In this document: positions 10,782-21,014 of the stretch, in pieces | Layout: every line of letters begins with the position of its first letter | Numbering within the stretch: the stretch's first letter is position 1 | Virus record (IMG/VR): IMGVR_UViG_2740892444_000003 | Span: 1-45,219 of that record | Direction: 5' to 3' (one strand) | DNA length: 45,219 nt | DNA from: a virus | Taxonomy: Duplodnaviria > Heunggongvirae > Uroviricota > Caudoviricetes | The notes under the pieces: model-generated | What the model saw: only the letters and a program-made list of their open reading frames with translations | What the model was told of the DNA's origin: nothing | Databases searched by the model: none | Program-made: the position numbers and the translations under genes

Positions 10782-10943
10782 TCCCTCTGTCGTTTTAAAC
10801 GACTATACACCACTTATTCAAAGTTAGCTGAGCGCTAAAAGTTCGCAAAGTTTAGTGATCATGCAACCACCTAGCAAGCGATAAAAAATCATTATTTAGT
10901 GAATGTGAACAAACTCAACACTATGCAGAAATGTAACTTTTGG
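10782..10943 (-). promoter_or_regulatory. AT-rich intergenic region, probable promoter of the moron cassette
   Basis: 162-bp AT-rich gap inside an otherwise tightly packed, translationally coupled tail operon, immediately upstream of the cassette. Confidence 0.35.
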
Positions 10944-11276
10944 TTAACCAGAAACCTTTTTGCATGGAAAGGAACCGATGATTTTCGGCGCATCCATGCT
11001 GTTCTGCAGCAGTTGGACATTCAGGAAAGCTTTTCCGTTACGTTTCACAAACTCAAAGCCGTAATTGTTACCATCACGGGAAGGCATCAGGCCCATGTCC
11101 ATTTTTATGTTTGAATAGTCACCATCTTTTCCCAGAAATTTTATCTTCTGTGATGTGACAGTTTCACCGTTAATAACAGTCATTCCGTCACCGGTCATCG
11201 TGTAGTTGCCGCACTGAATTGCAGCCATCGCCGGAGCAGTAACCATCATAACTAACGCCAAACATAACCGTTTCAT
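10944..11276 (-). CDS. Small secreted protein with Sec signal peptide (about 110 aa)
   Basis: N-terminus MKRLCLALVMMVTAPAMA followed by a soluble domain; start overlaps the stop of the gpD-like gene. Confidence 0.5.
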   Translation of the reverse strand: MKRLCLALVMMVTAPAMAAIQCGNYTMTGDGMTVINGETVTSQKIKFLGKDGDYSNIKMDMGLMPSRDGNNYGFEFVKRNGKAFLNVQLLQNSMDAPKIIGSFPCKKVSG

Positions 11277-12340
11277 TAAAGCCCTCTTTCCCTCGCTGAT
11301 GAGGAAACAAGATCCGCCGCGCCACGCGCTTCGCACATCATATCCATGTACCACGCCTGGCCCCTTGTATCGCCAGTGTACATAATCCCGCGCACAATAT
11401 AAACGCCATCCGTTGCGATGCTGGCAGGCTGCGATGTGGTGCCGCTTAGCGTGATATTTCCATCCGTGTTCTGGTCGGTGATCTGACCACCAGCCATCGC
11501 AATATCGTTGTTCGACAAGGCGGTACGATACACGGAAGCCTGATCCAGCTGAATAAGTCCGTTAACCCGGATGTTCGGATTAATAAGCGCGCGGACGTTT
11601 ACGCCGTTACCGATAGTCTGCTGCGGCATGCCAATAAGCCCGGTAGCGCTGTTGAGCACAATCGCTTCATGAACATATTCGTTATTCGCCACCATCTGGC
11701 GCTGACCGTCCACGAATTGCCATGTTGCGCCACATTGCCCGGCTACGTTATCCATTAGATGCCGCGTCATGCCAAAGAGTACCCGCCCCCGGGGGAATAC
11801 AGTAGCAGGCATTTCAGGCGTCAGGCCTTCGGTCGCGCCTTTGGCTTCGAAGTCTTTCATCAGCGCACGGTTTACATCAGCGACCGTGTAACCGGCAGCC
11901 AGCGTCTGTGAGGTTATACTGGTGGCAAAAGCCAGATCAGTATCTGCTGCCTGAATCAGGACGTAGGAATCAACCGGACTGTCTTTTCCTGTGACCGAGT
12001 AGCGAATTTCACCGCTGAAAATCAGTCCGTAGTTGCGGCCATCACTCTGACCCACGTCCGCCGCGTCAACTTCCCGCACGGTCCCGACGTCGCTTGCCGA
12101 CACCTCCGGCGCGATACCGTCGTAACCGGCAATCAGACGCACTTTCGAAAACTCCTGCCCGGTGATTCGGTTCACAGTATCTGCCGAGAGGTTATAAATT
12201 TTGATAGTCCCTACCCGGGACGCGCTGCTGATGTTGAACCAGTCGATCGTAAAGGTGACTTTAAAATCACTTAGCTCAATTCCCTGACCGTTCCCGTCCA
12301 CAAGCTGCAGCTCGAAATGTCTCATCCAGTTCTGTGACAT
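11276..12340 (-). CDS. Tail protein (P2 gpD-like)
   Basis: 354-aa ORF in the T-U-X-D order after the tape measure gene. Confidence 0.5.
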   Translation of the reverse strand: MSQNWMRHFELQLVDGNGQGIELSDFKVTFTIDWFNISSASRVGTIKIYNLSADTVNRITGQEFSKVRLIAGYDGIAPEVSASDVGTVREVDAADVGQSDGRNYGLIFSGEIRYSVTGKDSPVDSYVLIQAADTDLAFATSITSQTLAAGYTVADVNRALMKDFEAKGATEGLTPEMPATVFPRGRVLFGMTRHLMDNVAGQCGATWQFVDGQRQMVANNEYVHEAIVLNSATGLIGMPQQTIGNGVNVRALINPNIRVNGLIQLDQASVYRTALSNNDIAMAGGQITDQNTDGNITLSGTTSQPASIATDGVYIVRGIMYTGDTRGQAWYMDMMCEARGAADLVSSSARERGL

Positions 12341-12342
12341 GC

Positions 12343-12645
12343 TTACTCCGTTGATACCAGTAAATGGCTGCGACCGCCTAGGTCAGTTTTTGTGGGGTAA
12401 TCCTGTGTGTTGTCATCACAGACCACCACCAGCTTAAAACCAAGCCCCATACAGGCGTACTGCGCCAGCAGGTCAGCACCGGTGACGAGAGGAATACCGG
12501 AGATTACCGGCTCCCCTCTGTCGTTCTGCAGGTCCATAATCCAGTAAAGATCGCGCCATATGATGTTAATCCGCCAGGTGACACCACCCAGGACGATACT
12601 GAACTGCTGGTTATCCGCTGTCAGCGGAATTTCCTGAATTGTCAT
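12343..12645 (-). CDS. Small tail protein (gpX-like)
   Basis: 100-aa ORF between gpU-like and gpD-like genes. Confidence 0.4.
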   Translation of the reverse strand: MTIQEIPLTADNQQFSIVLGGVTWRINIIWRDLYWIMDLQNDRGEPVISGIPLVTGADLLAQYACMGLGFKLVVVCDDNTQDYPTKTDLGGRSHLLVSTE

Positions 12646-13232
12646 TATCCGCCTCCCAGTAATGACGCCACGTTACCCGTGATGCTTTTCAGCAGTGAAG
12701 TATCTGGAGGCTTTGTGGTTTTGTTGCCGCTATTCTGTACCGCCGACGTGCTGGCCCCTTCCTTCATGTTGGTTTTATCCGCGACGGTAATCTGCTGTGT
12801 CCGGGAGATAATGACCTCCCTCAGGGTGAGGACGGCGGACAGGACGTTTTCGGTTGTCTTGTCCGTCGTCACTTCCAGCGCCCGGATCAACATGTTGCTG
12901 TACAGCCGTTTACCGGTTACCACATCGAAGGGGATACGGCTTTCCTGCAGATCCAGTAGCTCCTGATACGTCTGCTGAGGACTCAGGCCGAGCAGGCTGG
13001 TAGCCGTCAGATTACTGGCAAAATCCAGCAATGCGCCGCCACCGGCGAAACCAACCTCCATCACCACTTCTGACGGTTTTTTATAGGCATGATCAGCGAC
13101 AGCGGCCCCAACCTCTACCGGATGCTCTGTTATTTCAAGCATATCTGTATGCTTCTCTGAAATAACAACACTGGGAACAATCATTCCTATTTTTCTGCTC
13201 TGCTGATGAAAAAGTGTAGAGAGAATATCCAC
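12645..13232 (-). CDS. Tail protein (gpU-like)
   Basis: 195-aa ORF immediately after the tape measure gene; apparent GTG start. Confidence 0.4.
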   Translation of the reverse strand: MDILSTLFHQQSRKIGMIVPSVVISEKHTDMLEITEHPVEVGAAVADHAYKKPSEVVMEVGFAGGGALLDFASNLTATSLLGLSPQQTYQELLDLQESRIPFDVVTGKRLYSNMLIRALEVTTDKTTENVLSAVLTLREVIISRTQQITVADKTNMKEGASTSAVQNSGNKTTKPPDTSLLKSITGNVASLLGGG

Positions 13233-15220
13233 TAACCCACCCTCACCTGATTACTTCGCATGACCTGAGCATTTGCAGACTGTTGCCGACGTGCAACCTC
13301 ATTACCGACAGCGTGCGGATCTCCGCCACCGTAAATGTGGTAAGTATTTTGCTGGTTAACCTCTGTCATTTTGCCACTAATTCCCGCCACGGCAGCCTTA
13401 TTAATCAGCTCTCGAGAATAGATATTTCTTCCATTTTCATGCTGGATAATGCTGCTCATCAATGCTGACATGGTTTGCGGATCGCTCATATTCAGGGCAG
13501 CCCGGGGATCCACTCCCAGTCGTTGCGATACAGCCCTGATATACGCAGTTGTGTTGTTATTATCAGACGCAGGTGCCCAGGTAGAGATAATTTTCTCCAC
13601 GCTGTTTATTCCCCGTCCGGCGTACAACATTAACTGACGAGCAAGAGCCCGTAATCCATCAAAAGCAGTTTCAAATCTGGCAAATCGCCCGCCCGGGCGT
13701 TCAAGAGAAGCCCCTGCCTGACCAGCAAAATTAAGGTTTCCCGGATTGTTATTCCGTTCTCCTCGTTTCGTAGCCTGTGCATATTGTTCCGGCTCATCAT
13801 CACCAAACCAGCCGCGTACCGTCCGGCCCACACTGCGGGGATCGAATCCCCAGTGCTCTTTAATCCAGTCGGCAGTACTGTTAGCGCTGTCTGTAACCAT
13901 CGGCATCGCTGACGGATTTTCGCTGCCCTGATTAAGTATCTGTTTGCCGATGCTGACGGCATCAGCCCAGCGGCCATCTTTGATAGCGTTGAGCAGGTCG
14001 GCGATCATGTTCAGCATTTTGCTGAATTCGCCCATCTGGTCGATGAAGTTGCTGAAATCCCACTTCAGGGACCATGATTTGGGGTCAATATTGAGCAGTT
14101 TCGCCAGCGCTTTCGCCAGTTCATTAACAGACCCTTTCAGGTCACGAACCATCTTCAGCGCGGCATCGACCTCCGGCTTCCACTTGCCCCAGTCAATCAG
14201 GCTGTCGCCGCCTTCCTTCCAGGTCTGATAGTCCTCCCACAGAAGGGCAATCCCCGCCGCCAGCGCGGTAATGAGGCCAATCGGCGACATCCAGAACGTA
14301 CTGTTCAGAATGCGCAGCGCAATCGTCAGCGCGCCAAACAGCGAGATGAGCTCCCGCGTTTGCTTATCCAGCGATTGCCACCAGGTGATGAGGCCTGATG
14401 TTCCTTCAATCAGTCTGAAGAACAGCCGCCCGATAATATCCCCGAGCGCCAGAATGCCTTTTATGGCTTTCGTCAGGGTCTGCTCGATACGCGGGAGGTT
14501 GTCCAGGATATGGCGGCGCAGAGTGTCCAGCGAACCCGCAAGCCCACCCGCAAGATTAGAGCCGATTTTGTCACGGGCCATGCCTGCCATCGCGCCAAAC
14601 TCACGCAGGGAGGTCATAAATTTGTTGGAGCTTCTGGCCGCCTCGTCAGCATTGAAGCCGATAGCTTTCGCCATTGCGCTGTACTGCCCGGAGAAATCAC
14701 CCACACCCCGGCGCATCGCCATGAGGGTATTTTCGTCAATGCCCAGCATCTGCGCATACTGGTTAGCCCGGTAATACGGCATGCTGCTGAGCTTCTGTCC
14801 GACACCCGTAAAGATAGCGGCCATGTCACGCATGTTACCGCTGGCATCACGGGTCTGTACGCCCAGGCGATTCAGAAAGCCTTCTGCACCGGGATTGTTG
14901 CGAATAAACCGGGAGAGGCTTTCCAGAGAAGAGCGCGCAGCGTCCACGCTGCCGCCAACCTGCGAAACCGCATAGCCAATAGACTGAATCCCCTGAACCG
15001 TCGCGCCGGTGCGCTGTGACGCCCAGTAGAGATTATCCAGACCGGAGGCGATCTTAGCCGTGAAGGCCACCACGGACAGCGCAGCTCCTTCAACAGCCAG
15101 CCCCATTTTGATGACATTTGCAGTTGTACCGGCGAGGACAGAACCGAACTTTTTCGCTCCTGCATCATCCACACTGAAGCCAAGCGAGACGAGGAAATCT
15201 TTAATAGTTTCAGCGTTCAT
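13232..15220 (-). CDS. Tail tape measure protein
   Basis: Long ORF rich in Ala/Gly/Leu helical segments located after the chaperone gene; track start is TTG at 15241, ATG with GGAGAGAGG RBS at 15220. Confidence 0.75.
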   Translation of the reverse strand: MNAETIKDFLVSLGFSVDDAGAKKFGSVLAGTTANVIKMGLAVEGAALSVVAFTAKIASGLDNLYWASQRTGATVQGIQSIGYAVSQVGGSVDAARSSLESLSRFIRNNPGAEGFLNRLGVQTRDASGNMRDMAAIFTGVGQKLSSMPYYRANQYAQMLGIDENTLMAMRRGVGDFSGQYSAMAKAIGFNADEAARSSNKFMTSLREFGAMAGMARDKIGSNLAGGLAGSLDTLRRHILDNLPRIEQTLTKAIKGILALGDIIGRLFFRLIEGTSGLITWWQSLDKQTRELISLFGALTIALRILNSTFWMSPIGLITALAAGIALLWEDYQTWKEGGDSLIDWGKWKPEVDAALKMVRDLKGSVNELAKALAKLLNIDPKSWSLKWDFSNFIDQMGEFSKMLNMIADLLNAIKDGRWADAVSIGKQILNQGSENPSAMPMVTDSANSTADWIKEHWGFDPRSVGRTVRGWFGDDEPEQYAQATKRGERNNNPGNLNFAGQAGASLERPGGRFARFETAFDGLRALARQLMLYAGRGINSVEKIISTWAPASDNNNTTAYIRAVSQRLGVDPRAALNMSDPQTMSALMSSIIQHENGRNIYSRELINKAAVAGISGKMTEVNQQNTYHIYGGGDPHAVGNEVARRQQSANAQVMRSNQVRVG

Positions 15221-15397
15221 TATCCTCTCTCCATTTCTCAATGCGCCGCTGGTTATCCGCTTTTACCGCCAGATGGTCATTCAAGAGAGCAATGTCGTAC
15301 AAATCGACAGAGCCATCTTTAAGTGCTGTATAAGGAATTAACCCGGCGTCAACCGGATTGAGAAGGTAAGACAGCCCGTCCGGCAGGCTGTTAAACG

Positions 15398-15850
15398 TCA
15401 GCCCTGTTGCAGGCTCTGCGTCGTGCTGGTAAGGGGTGTAGGCAAAAAATTTCCCAGCGAATCGGCGACCACCCGCGCCACCAGATGCAGCATGACCAGC
15501 AAGTCAATATCATCAAACATCAGTTCGCCCTGGGTAAATACCGGAACCCATCCGTCCATATGACGCCGCGATACCACCGCAAGACAGGGATGAATAATCG
15601 CACTGGTGTCATCTTCGGTCAGGGAAGACAGTTCCTCAGCGATACGCGGGAGCATGGTTTCAAACACCGGTTTTAACTGCTCGAATTTCACGGTGTCGAT
15701 TTTGCCATCAGCAGGCAAACGGGAGCGAATGCTCCCGAAATCTGACATCATTCCTGCCAGCACCGGCAGAAGTTTGCGGGTCACTTTCAGCTGATCAAAA
15801 ACGCTGAGTTTTGCCGCGCGATATTTCACGCCTTTGATTTCGAATTCCAT
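15398..15850 (-). CDS. Tail assembly chaperone (probable -1 frameshift partner, extension to about 15215)
   Basis: 150-aa ORF between tail tube and tape measure; slippery T_TTT_TTG near its 3' end and an open -1 frame running to the tape measure start. Confidence 0.6.
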   Translation of the reverse strand: MEFEIKGVKYRAAKLSVFDQLKVTRKLLPVLAGMMSDFGSIRSRLPADGKIDTVKFEQLKPVFETMLPRIAEELSSLTEDDTSAIIHPCLAVVSRRHMDGWVPVFTQGELMFDDIDLLVMLHLVARVVADSLGNFLPTPLTSTTQSLQQG

Positions 15851-15853
15851 GTA

Positions 15854-16294
15854 TTAAAACTCCCCGAGAACCTGGTCAATCTTGCCGCAGTCAAACACCC
15901 ACGGCATCGTATTACCGGTTTTAGCGTTGGCATTATCCGGTTGTTTCTGGAACGCAACACTACGTGCCGTGATGATGTCGCCGCTGACCTTGTTTCGGAT
16001 CACAATAACGTTATTCCCCCATGTGGCAGAAGACTGGCTCTGTGCGTTATACGCCAGCGACAATTTTTTATTTGTCGGTGATGTCTTCAGAAGGTTAACG
16101 GTAATCGTCCCGCTTTTATCTGCATGGAGACTGTGCATCACTTCGCCATCAGCACCGATGGTCATGGTGTTTTTAGGACCGCCCATCGCAACCACAATCC
16201 CCTCTTCAGAACTTGCAGAACCGTACCCGAGGTCAATCGAACCGGTCGGGCCGGTCAGCGTCGCAGTGACATCCATAAAAGAATAGGTAGACAT
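15854..16294 (-). CDS. Tail tube protein
   Basis: 146-aa ORF immediately downstream of the sheath gene; conserved sheath-tube-chaperone-tape measure order. Confidence 0.6.
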   Translation of the reverse strand: MSTYSFMDVTATLTGPTGSIDLGYGSASSEEGIVVAMGGPKNTMTIGADGEVMHSLHADKSGTITVNLLKTSPTNKKLSLAYNAQSQSSATWGNNVIVIRNKVSGDIITARSVAFQKQPDNANAKTGNTMPWVFDCGKIDQVLGEF

Positions 16295-16304
16295 TCACTT
16301 CCCC

Positions 16305-17450
16305 TTAGCGAACAACGTTAATCTGTACGTCAGCGTAATGAACCGCGCCTGCAAGTTTTATTGCAGCCTGAATCACCGGAGCCTTACGGGCTTCACGTTC
16401 TGATTGTGCCTGTTCATCCAGCGGCTGGGCGTATACGTAATAACCTTTGGGCAGCGTGTCACCTGATGACAACTGACCAAGGTCGCCACCGTTCCATACG
16501 CCCGGAGCAATCAGTCCATTCTGAACGGCCTGATCCAGTGATTTTTCAACATTTGATAACAGTCGGGTAATACCGGCTTCAGTCTGGGGAACTTTCGTGG
16601 TGCTGGTATAAAGCAGGTTATAGAGGTTGGTCTGCACATAATTCTGTAACCAGTCCAGGCCGTGGCGTTCATCAAAGAAATCGCCGTTAGCCATCACTCC
16701 CTGCTGGAGGATAGCTGTATCATTCTGGTAGTACACGAACACATTGCAGTTTTTTGCATCAAGTGCCGATGCCTGGCTGACTGTCAGTGTTTCATACCCG
16801 ACACCAGGCTCCTGCTTAAACTTGAGCGTAATCGCGGTATTACTGCCATTGAAATTAACCGTGAATGCCCGGCCAAATGCAGATAACGCAGCGTATTTAT
16901 TACCAGATGAATACTGAATAAAACTGCGTGAATATCCGGCGGTTTTCAGTTTTGATGCCAAATCATCGCTGGATGCAGTCTGCAGGCATTTTTCATCGCT
17001 TGTCGTAATCGCCAGAATACGGCTTACAGAAGAGGATTCGATCGCCGCAGCCACTTTCAGCCAGTCTGCATCCGGAATATCTGCATCGTCTGCAATCCCC
17101 AGCCCATACCATGAAGTATAATCGAGCATGGCATTCACAGCCTGCTCCAGCGTCTCAGGCGTGGCCTGTTCGCTGTCTCCCTTCGTTTTCACCCAACGAC
17201 CAACAAAAACCTCCTGAGGTTTCGGTGATTGTGAGAAAAACACCTGCGCAGCCTTATATTCTGGTGATTCCACGCCAAAATCTTTTCCAATATCTTCCGC
17301 GGCAGAATAACGACGAATGCGCTCACTTACCGGAATGATTGTGGACGGGCCGAGAATGAGTAATGCACCAAAATTTCGCCCTGATGCTGCACGCGGCGAC
17401 ATGATCACATCAACATTAACAACGTTTGATACAGGCAAGCCCTGTGCCAT
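16305..17450 (-). CDS. Contractile tail sheath protein
   Basis: 381-aa ORF preceding the tube gene; size and position typical of myovirus sheath. Confidence 0.6.
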   Translation of the reverse strand: MAQGLPVSNVVNVDVIMSPRAASGRNFGALLILGPSTIIPVSERIRRYSAAEDIGKDFGVESPEYKAAQVFFSQSPKPQEVFVGRWVKTKGDSEQATPETLEQAVNAMLDYTSWYGLGIADDADIPDADWLKVAAAIESSSVSRILAITTSDEKCLQTASSDDLASKLKTAGYSRSFIQYSSGNKYAALSAFGRAFTVNFNGSNTAITLKFKQEPGVGYETLTVSQASALDAKNCNVFVYYQNDTAILQQGVMANGDFFDERHGLDWLQNYVQTNLYNLLYTSTTKVPQTEAGITRLLSNVEKSLDQAVQNGLIAPGVWNGGDLGQLSSGDTLPKGYYVYAQPLDEQAQSEREARKAPVIQAAIKLAGAVHYADVQINVVR

Positions 17451-17453
17451 AGC

Positions 17454-18020
17454 TTAATCTCCGAAAAAGATGACTGGTGCTTCCACCAGCGATTTAATAC
17501 CGTACTCGCGCACAACCTTCCGGCGCAGACGCACCGTCATATCGTAGCGGCGGACCCATTGCTGATTAATAAGTTCAGGGAAGGGAGTCAGACCTGTGTA
17601 ATCGCCAAGAGACAGCCCCAGCGCATTCAGTGCTGCGTTGTTCTGTGGTACAGATATACCGTCACGAAACCGGGACGCATACACCATCCCCGCCGGACCA
17701 TAAAACGAAGCCATACACTCAATCGTTTCATGCCGCCAGAGCTGAGAGCCATCATCGGTCTGTCTGGTGAATGCCGGACTGTCATCACCTGACCATCCGA
17801 TAACCCCAAACGCACACCAGTTCGTTTCAACCGGTAGCAGTGGCGGCTGCTCTTTCTGCCAGCGCGGACGAACCATCCCGGCAGACAGACCGGAAACGTT
17901 ACGCATCCACTGGCTTAACAGCCTGTCGAGCGCTTCGTCATAATCCGGATCGCCACTGGTTGGTATTAACCATCCGCGCTCTGTACTGGTGTTATTGCTC
18001 AACCGGAGTTCCCCCATCAA
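17454..18020 (-). CDS. Phage structural protein (tail completion or head-tail joining candidate)
   Basis: 188-aa ORF in the head-tail joining region. Confidence 0.35.
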   Translation of the reverse strand: MMGELRLSNNTSTERGWLIPTSGDPDYDEALDRLLSQWMRNVSGLSAGMVRPRWQKEQPPLLPVETNWCAFGVIGWSGDDSPAFTRQTDDGSQLWRHETIECMASFYGPAGMVYASRFRDGISVPQNNAALNALGLSLGDYTGLTPFPELINQQWVRRYDMTVRLRRKVVREYGIKSLVEAPVIFFGD

Positions 18021-18381
18021 ACGGCATCAACTCACAATGCGCCTGAACGAATCCGGCCCCATAAGCTGTATACGGGTCGACGAAGGTCACACGATAATCA
18101 CGGCCCTGATACGTCACGATATCGGCATCACGGCCAGTCTGCCCCTGTGTCAGCCGCTCATTTGTCACGATAAGAATCGCGCCACTGATAACTTGCCCGG
18201 ACTGCATACGGCGGTTCTCCAGGGAGCGGTCAACGGTAACAACTCCGGCAAACTGCGTTTTAACTTCGCTGTCGCTGCCGATCCCGTCATCGTCCACCGT
18301 TTGCACGCGACGCGTTACCCACAGGTTGAAGTCGCAAAAATCGGGGTCAAAAAGCACGTCTGTTACATCAAGAGTCGGCAT
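17992..18381 (-). CDS. Phage structural protein
   Basis: 129-aa ORF, translationally coupled to neighbours. Confidence 0.35.
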   Translation of the reverse strand: MPTLDVTDVLFDPDFCDFNLWVTRRVQTVDDDGIGSDSEVKTQFAGVVTVDRSLENRRMQSGQVISGAILIVTNERLTQGQTGRDADIVTYQGRDYRVTFVDPYTAYGAGFVQAHCELMPFDGGTPVEQ

Positions 18382-18922
18382 CTTTATCCCTCACTACATG
18401 GGTAATAGCTCTGCGGTACTGTCCGGTGTCAATTAGCGGTTTCACCAGATCGGTTCCGGGTGACTCGCCAGCAGCGCGTCGGGCAAGCTCAGCTTTCGCC
18501 CCTTTGCGCCCTCGACGTGCACGGGCTTCAACAGTGCTGTCAGCAAGCGGCGTAAAGCCGGTAATAGTCATGTAACGCCTGACGCCATTAGCGGCCAGCG
18601 TTCCGGCGCGGTTGAGCGCTCTTTCCGCCCCCGCCGCATTTCCATCAAGCGCAGCCTGCGCCGCTGCTTTGAGCTGCGGCACTGTCTGTCCCTCTACCGA
18701 TTTAACGCCGGGGGTCAGGTGCGGGCGTGGGGGGATGTTTTGCGCTGGTGAGCCGTATTCGTTGACATAGCCGATCCCGGCATTACCAAACGGAACATCT
18801 TCACGCTCGCTGTCTTCCGAAGGGATGCCGACCAGCACATCCTTTTTGGTTAGCGACCTGAGCGCATCCAGAATGGCCTGAGCGTTATCCACCCTCGTTG
18901 TTACACCGCTTTTGAAGCTCAT
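18368..18922 (-). CDS. Phage head-tail joining / virion morphogenesis protein
   Basis: 184-aa ORF with basic C-terminal region, in the connector region. Confidence 0.35.
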   Translation of the reverse strand: MSFKSGVTTRVDNAQAILDALRSLTKKDVLVGIPSEDSEREDVPFGNAGIGYVNEYGSPAQNIPPRPHLTPGVKSVEGQTVPQLKAAAQAALDGNAAGAERALNRAGTLAANGVRRYMTITGFTPLADSTVEARARRGRKGAKAELARRAAGESPGTDLVKPLIDTGQYRRAITHVVRDKDADS

Positions 18923-19326
18923 AGCTGGCGACCGCCCGCACCGAACATCGTGATCAGCTGATAAAATTCAGCGCCATATCGGGTGTTATTCCAGAAACCT
19001 GCATCAGGATTCAGCGTCGCGCTGGTGTCATAACTGACGCTTACCTTATCCACGGACTTTGAGGACTGAACACCATTGGTTGAACCGCCAGGGCCGCCAA
19101 CCAGCATCGCCCGGCTGTCTGCCGCCCAGAGCGTCATGTAGTGTGCAACGAACAATCCGGCAAAGTACGGAAACAACTTTTTGCCGGTGACGTTTTCGCT
19201 CAGCAGTTCATCGGCCAGATTCAGACGAAACTGGATTTGCGCTTCGGGATATTTGGCAGGGTCAGCAAACTGCGGGAAGTCGCGGCGAAAATCACTTACC
19301 GCTGGCAGACTTTGATTCTTTGGCAT
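18919..19326 (-). CDS. Head-tail connector protein
   Basis: 135-aa ORF following the capsid-proximal small gene. Confidence 0.35.
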   Translation of the reverse strand: MPKNQSLPAVSDFRRDFPQFADPAKYPEAQIQFRLNLADELLSENVTGKKLFPYFAGLFVAHYMTLWAADSRAMLVGGPGGSTNGVQSSKSVDKVSVSYDTSATLNPDAGFWNNTRYGAEFYQLITMFGAGGRQL

Positions 19327-19513
19327 TTTTTACCTCGTTACGCGCGTCTGTAGCTTTGCCAACGGATACTTCCGCGTGCGCACGAGTGAACCAGTGCGTG
19401 GCAACGTCTTCCTCCACTGCATGACGGCCTTTAACAAACTCGCGCCGAGAACCGTCGGGAAGCGTGAGCACAAACGGGGTATGTACGTGTATTACTGCAT
19501 TATTTTTTGCCAT
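19292..19513 (-). CDS. Small phage protein (73 aa)
   Basis: Track ORF extends upstream into the capsid gene; plausible start is internal ATG at 19513 ([10 protein letters not shown]...). Confidence 0.3.
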   Translation of the reverse strand: MAKNNAVIHVHTPFVLTLPDGSRREFVKGRHAVEEDVATHWFTRAHAEVSVGKATDARNEVKNAKESKSASGK

Positions 19514-19553
19514 CGGGTCATCCTTAATGGCCCCGCCAGGGGCCATGTGGCTG

Positions 19554-20495
19554 TTAAATGCCATCAACGTACGAAATGGTTTCTTTGTACACTGGCTCGA
19601 CTGCACCCAGCTTGCCGTAGTAGGTCGCAATCTGATACAGACCACGATACTGGATAGGAACGCTCTGCAACGGCACCAGCGGATAGCGCACGTATTTCTT
19701 GTCGTTGGTGTACGCAACCATGCGATCCTTATCCCCCACACCACGGCCTTTCAGCCATTTAACCGCGCGGATATTCAGCGGAACACCGTTCTGGTGATAG
19801 CTGATGGTGTTGGTCTGAAGATACGTCAACAGGGACTGGTTACCCGCAGATGAAACGATGATGCTGGACAACAGAGCAAACTGCTCAGGCGGGATCAGCA
19901 AATCACGCGGAACCACAGAGTAACCGGAAGCGGCCCACGCATCAGACAGCACCTGGTTAATGCTTGCGCGGATTTCGTCCGGTGTTGAGGTTGCCCACGT
20001 TTTGGCAGCGTTGTTGACAGGAACACCGTTCAGGGTAACAAGGCCTTTCAGGTTTAATGCGGAATCGCCAACATACACCTGTTCATCGTTATCCATCTGC
20101 CATTTCAGTTGCATCCCGTCATACTTCTGCGTATCAATCGGGCGTCCGACCTGCTGAGCAGCCTGCAATTCTATGACCGTCCAGCCAAGTTCCATCCCCC
20201 ACAGGTTCAGCGGGTTACCGGATTTGCCGATATCCACGTTTACGCCAGCAATAGCGGTTGAGTCTTTGCCTACCCAGTTTTTGCCATTCGGATTTGCGCC
20301 AGTACCCGCAGCGGCGAAGCTGGTATTCGTCCAGCTGGAAATGTCATCTGCGATAGAGACATCTTCACGCAACTGAATATCGCGGGTCCATGTGTACCCC
20401 ACCAGTGGCAGGTTCAGAGTCTGGTCGAGTCGCTCCAGCTCTCCGATGAGAAAGGCACCAGAGCTGTCAACGGTTGCCTGATCAAAAGTAATCAT
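19554..20495 (-). CDS. Major capsid protein
   Basis: 313-aa ORF after the scaffold/protease and small structural gene; size and position. Confidence 0.6.
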   Translation of the reverse strand: MITFDQATVDSSGAFLIGELERLDQTLNLPLVGYTWTRDIQLREDVSIADDISSWTNTSFAAAGTGANPNGKNWVGKDSTAIAGVNVDIGKSGNPLNLWGMELGWTVIELQAAQQVGRPIDTQKYDGMQLKWQMDNDEQVYVGDSALNLKGLVTLNGVPVNNAAKTWATSTPDEIRASINQVLSDAWAASGYSVVPRDLLIPPEQFALLSSIIVSSAGNQSLLTYLQTNTISYHQNGVPLNIRAVKWLKGRGVGDKDRMVAYTNDKKYVRYPLVPLQSVPIQYRGLYQIATYYGKLGAVEPVYKETISYVDGI

Positions 20496-20506
20496 TCGTC
20501 TGTTCC

Positions 20507-21010
20507 TTAAATCTTCCAGGAAATTTCTGCATTGCCGTTAGCATCACCGGCACCTGTGAATTCAGCGTTGGTCAGCACCACGTTTTTGCCACTGACTGAC
20601 GTGGCCATGAATCCACCCAGCGGCACTTTGATGGATCCATCAGTGGAGACGACAACGTATACCGGGTCGCCTTTTTTGATGGTGCTGGCATCAAAATCAG
20701 AACCGAGATTAACGGTCACGTAGCCACGCTTCATTGCGTCGCCCGGGAAGTTCTTGCCACTCCCCACCTGGCGAACCATGTCCGGCTGCGACGTGGTCGG
20801 ATAAGGGCGCACATAGATCCCCTTCACCTTGTCTGCGGTATCACCATCTGCCAGCGGTACGAAAAAACCGTCAGCATCGTATTTACCAGCCAGCCCATAG
20901 GCAGCAAAGGCGTTATCGGATTTAAGGACCACCGGTTCGACGGTTAAGTCCTGCGGGCGAGAGATAGCCCCGGCAATGCCAACAGGCATCCGGTACAGAT
21001 ATGCAGTCAT
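20507..21010 (-). CDS. Capsid-associated structural protein (decoration candidate)
   Basis: 167-aa ORF between scaffold/protease and capsid genes. Confidence 0.4.
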   Translation of the reverse strand: MTAYLYRMPVGIAGAISRPQDLTVEPVVLKSDNAFAAYGLAGKYDADGFFVPLADGDTADKVKGIYVRPYPTTSQPDMVRQVGSGKNFPGDAMKRGYVTVNLGSDFDASTIKKGDPVYVVVSTDGSIKVPLGGFMATSVSGKNVVLTNAEFTGAGDANGNAEISWKI

Positions 21011-21014
21011 TGTA

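Noticed and set aside
13283-15341. Numerous plus-strand ORFs (60-170 aa) overlapping the minus-strand tape measure and neighbouring tail genes, e.g. 14271..14774 and 14510..15019
   Set aside because: They are antisense to long, well-supported structural genes in a GC-rich region, have Arg/Ser/Pro-rich low-complexity translations, and lack RBS or operon context.
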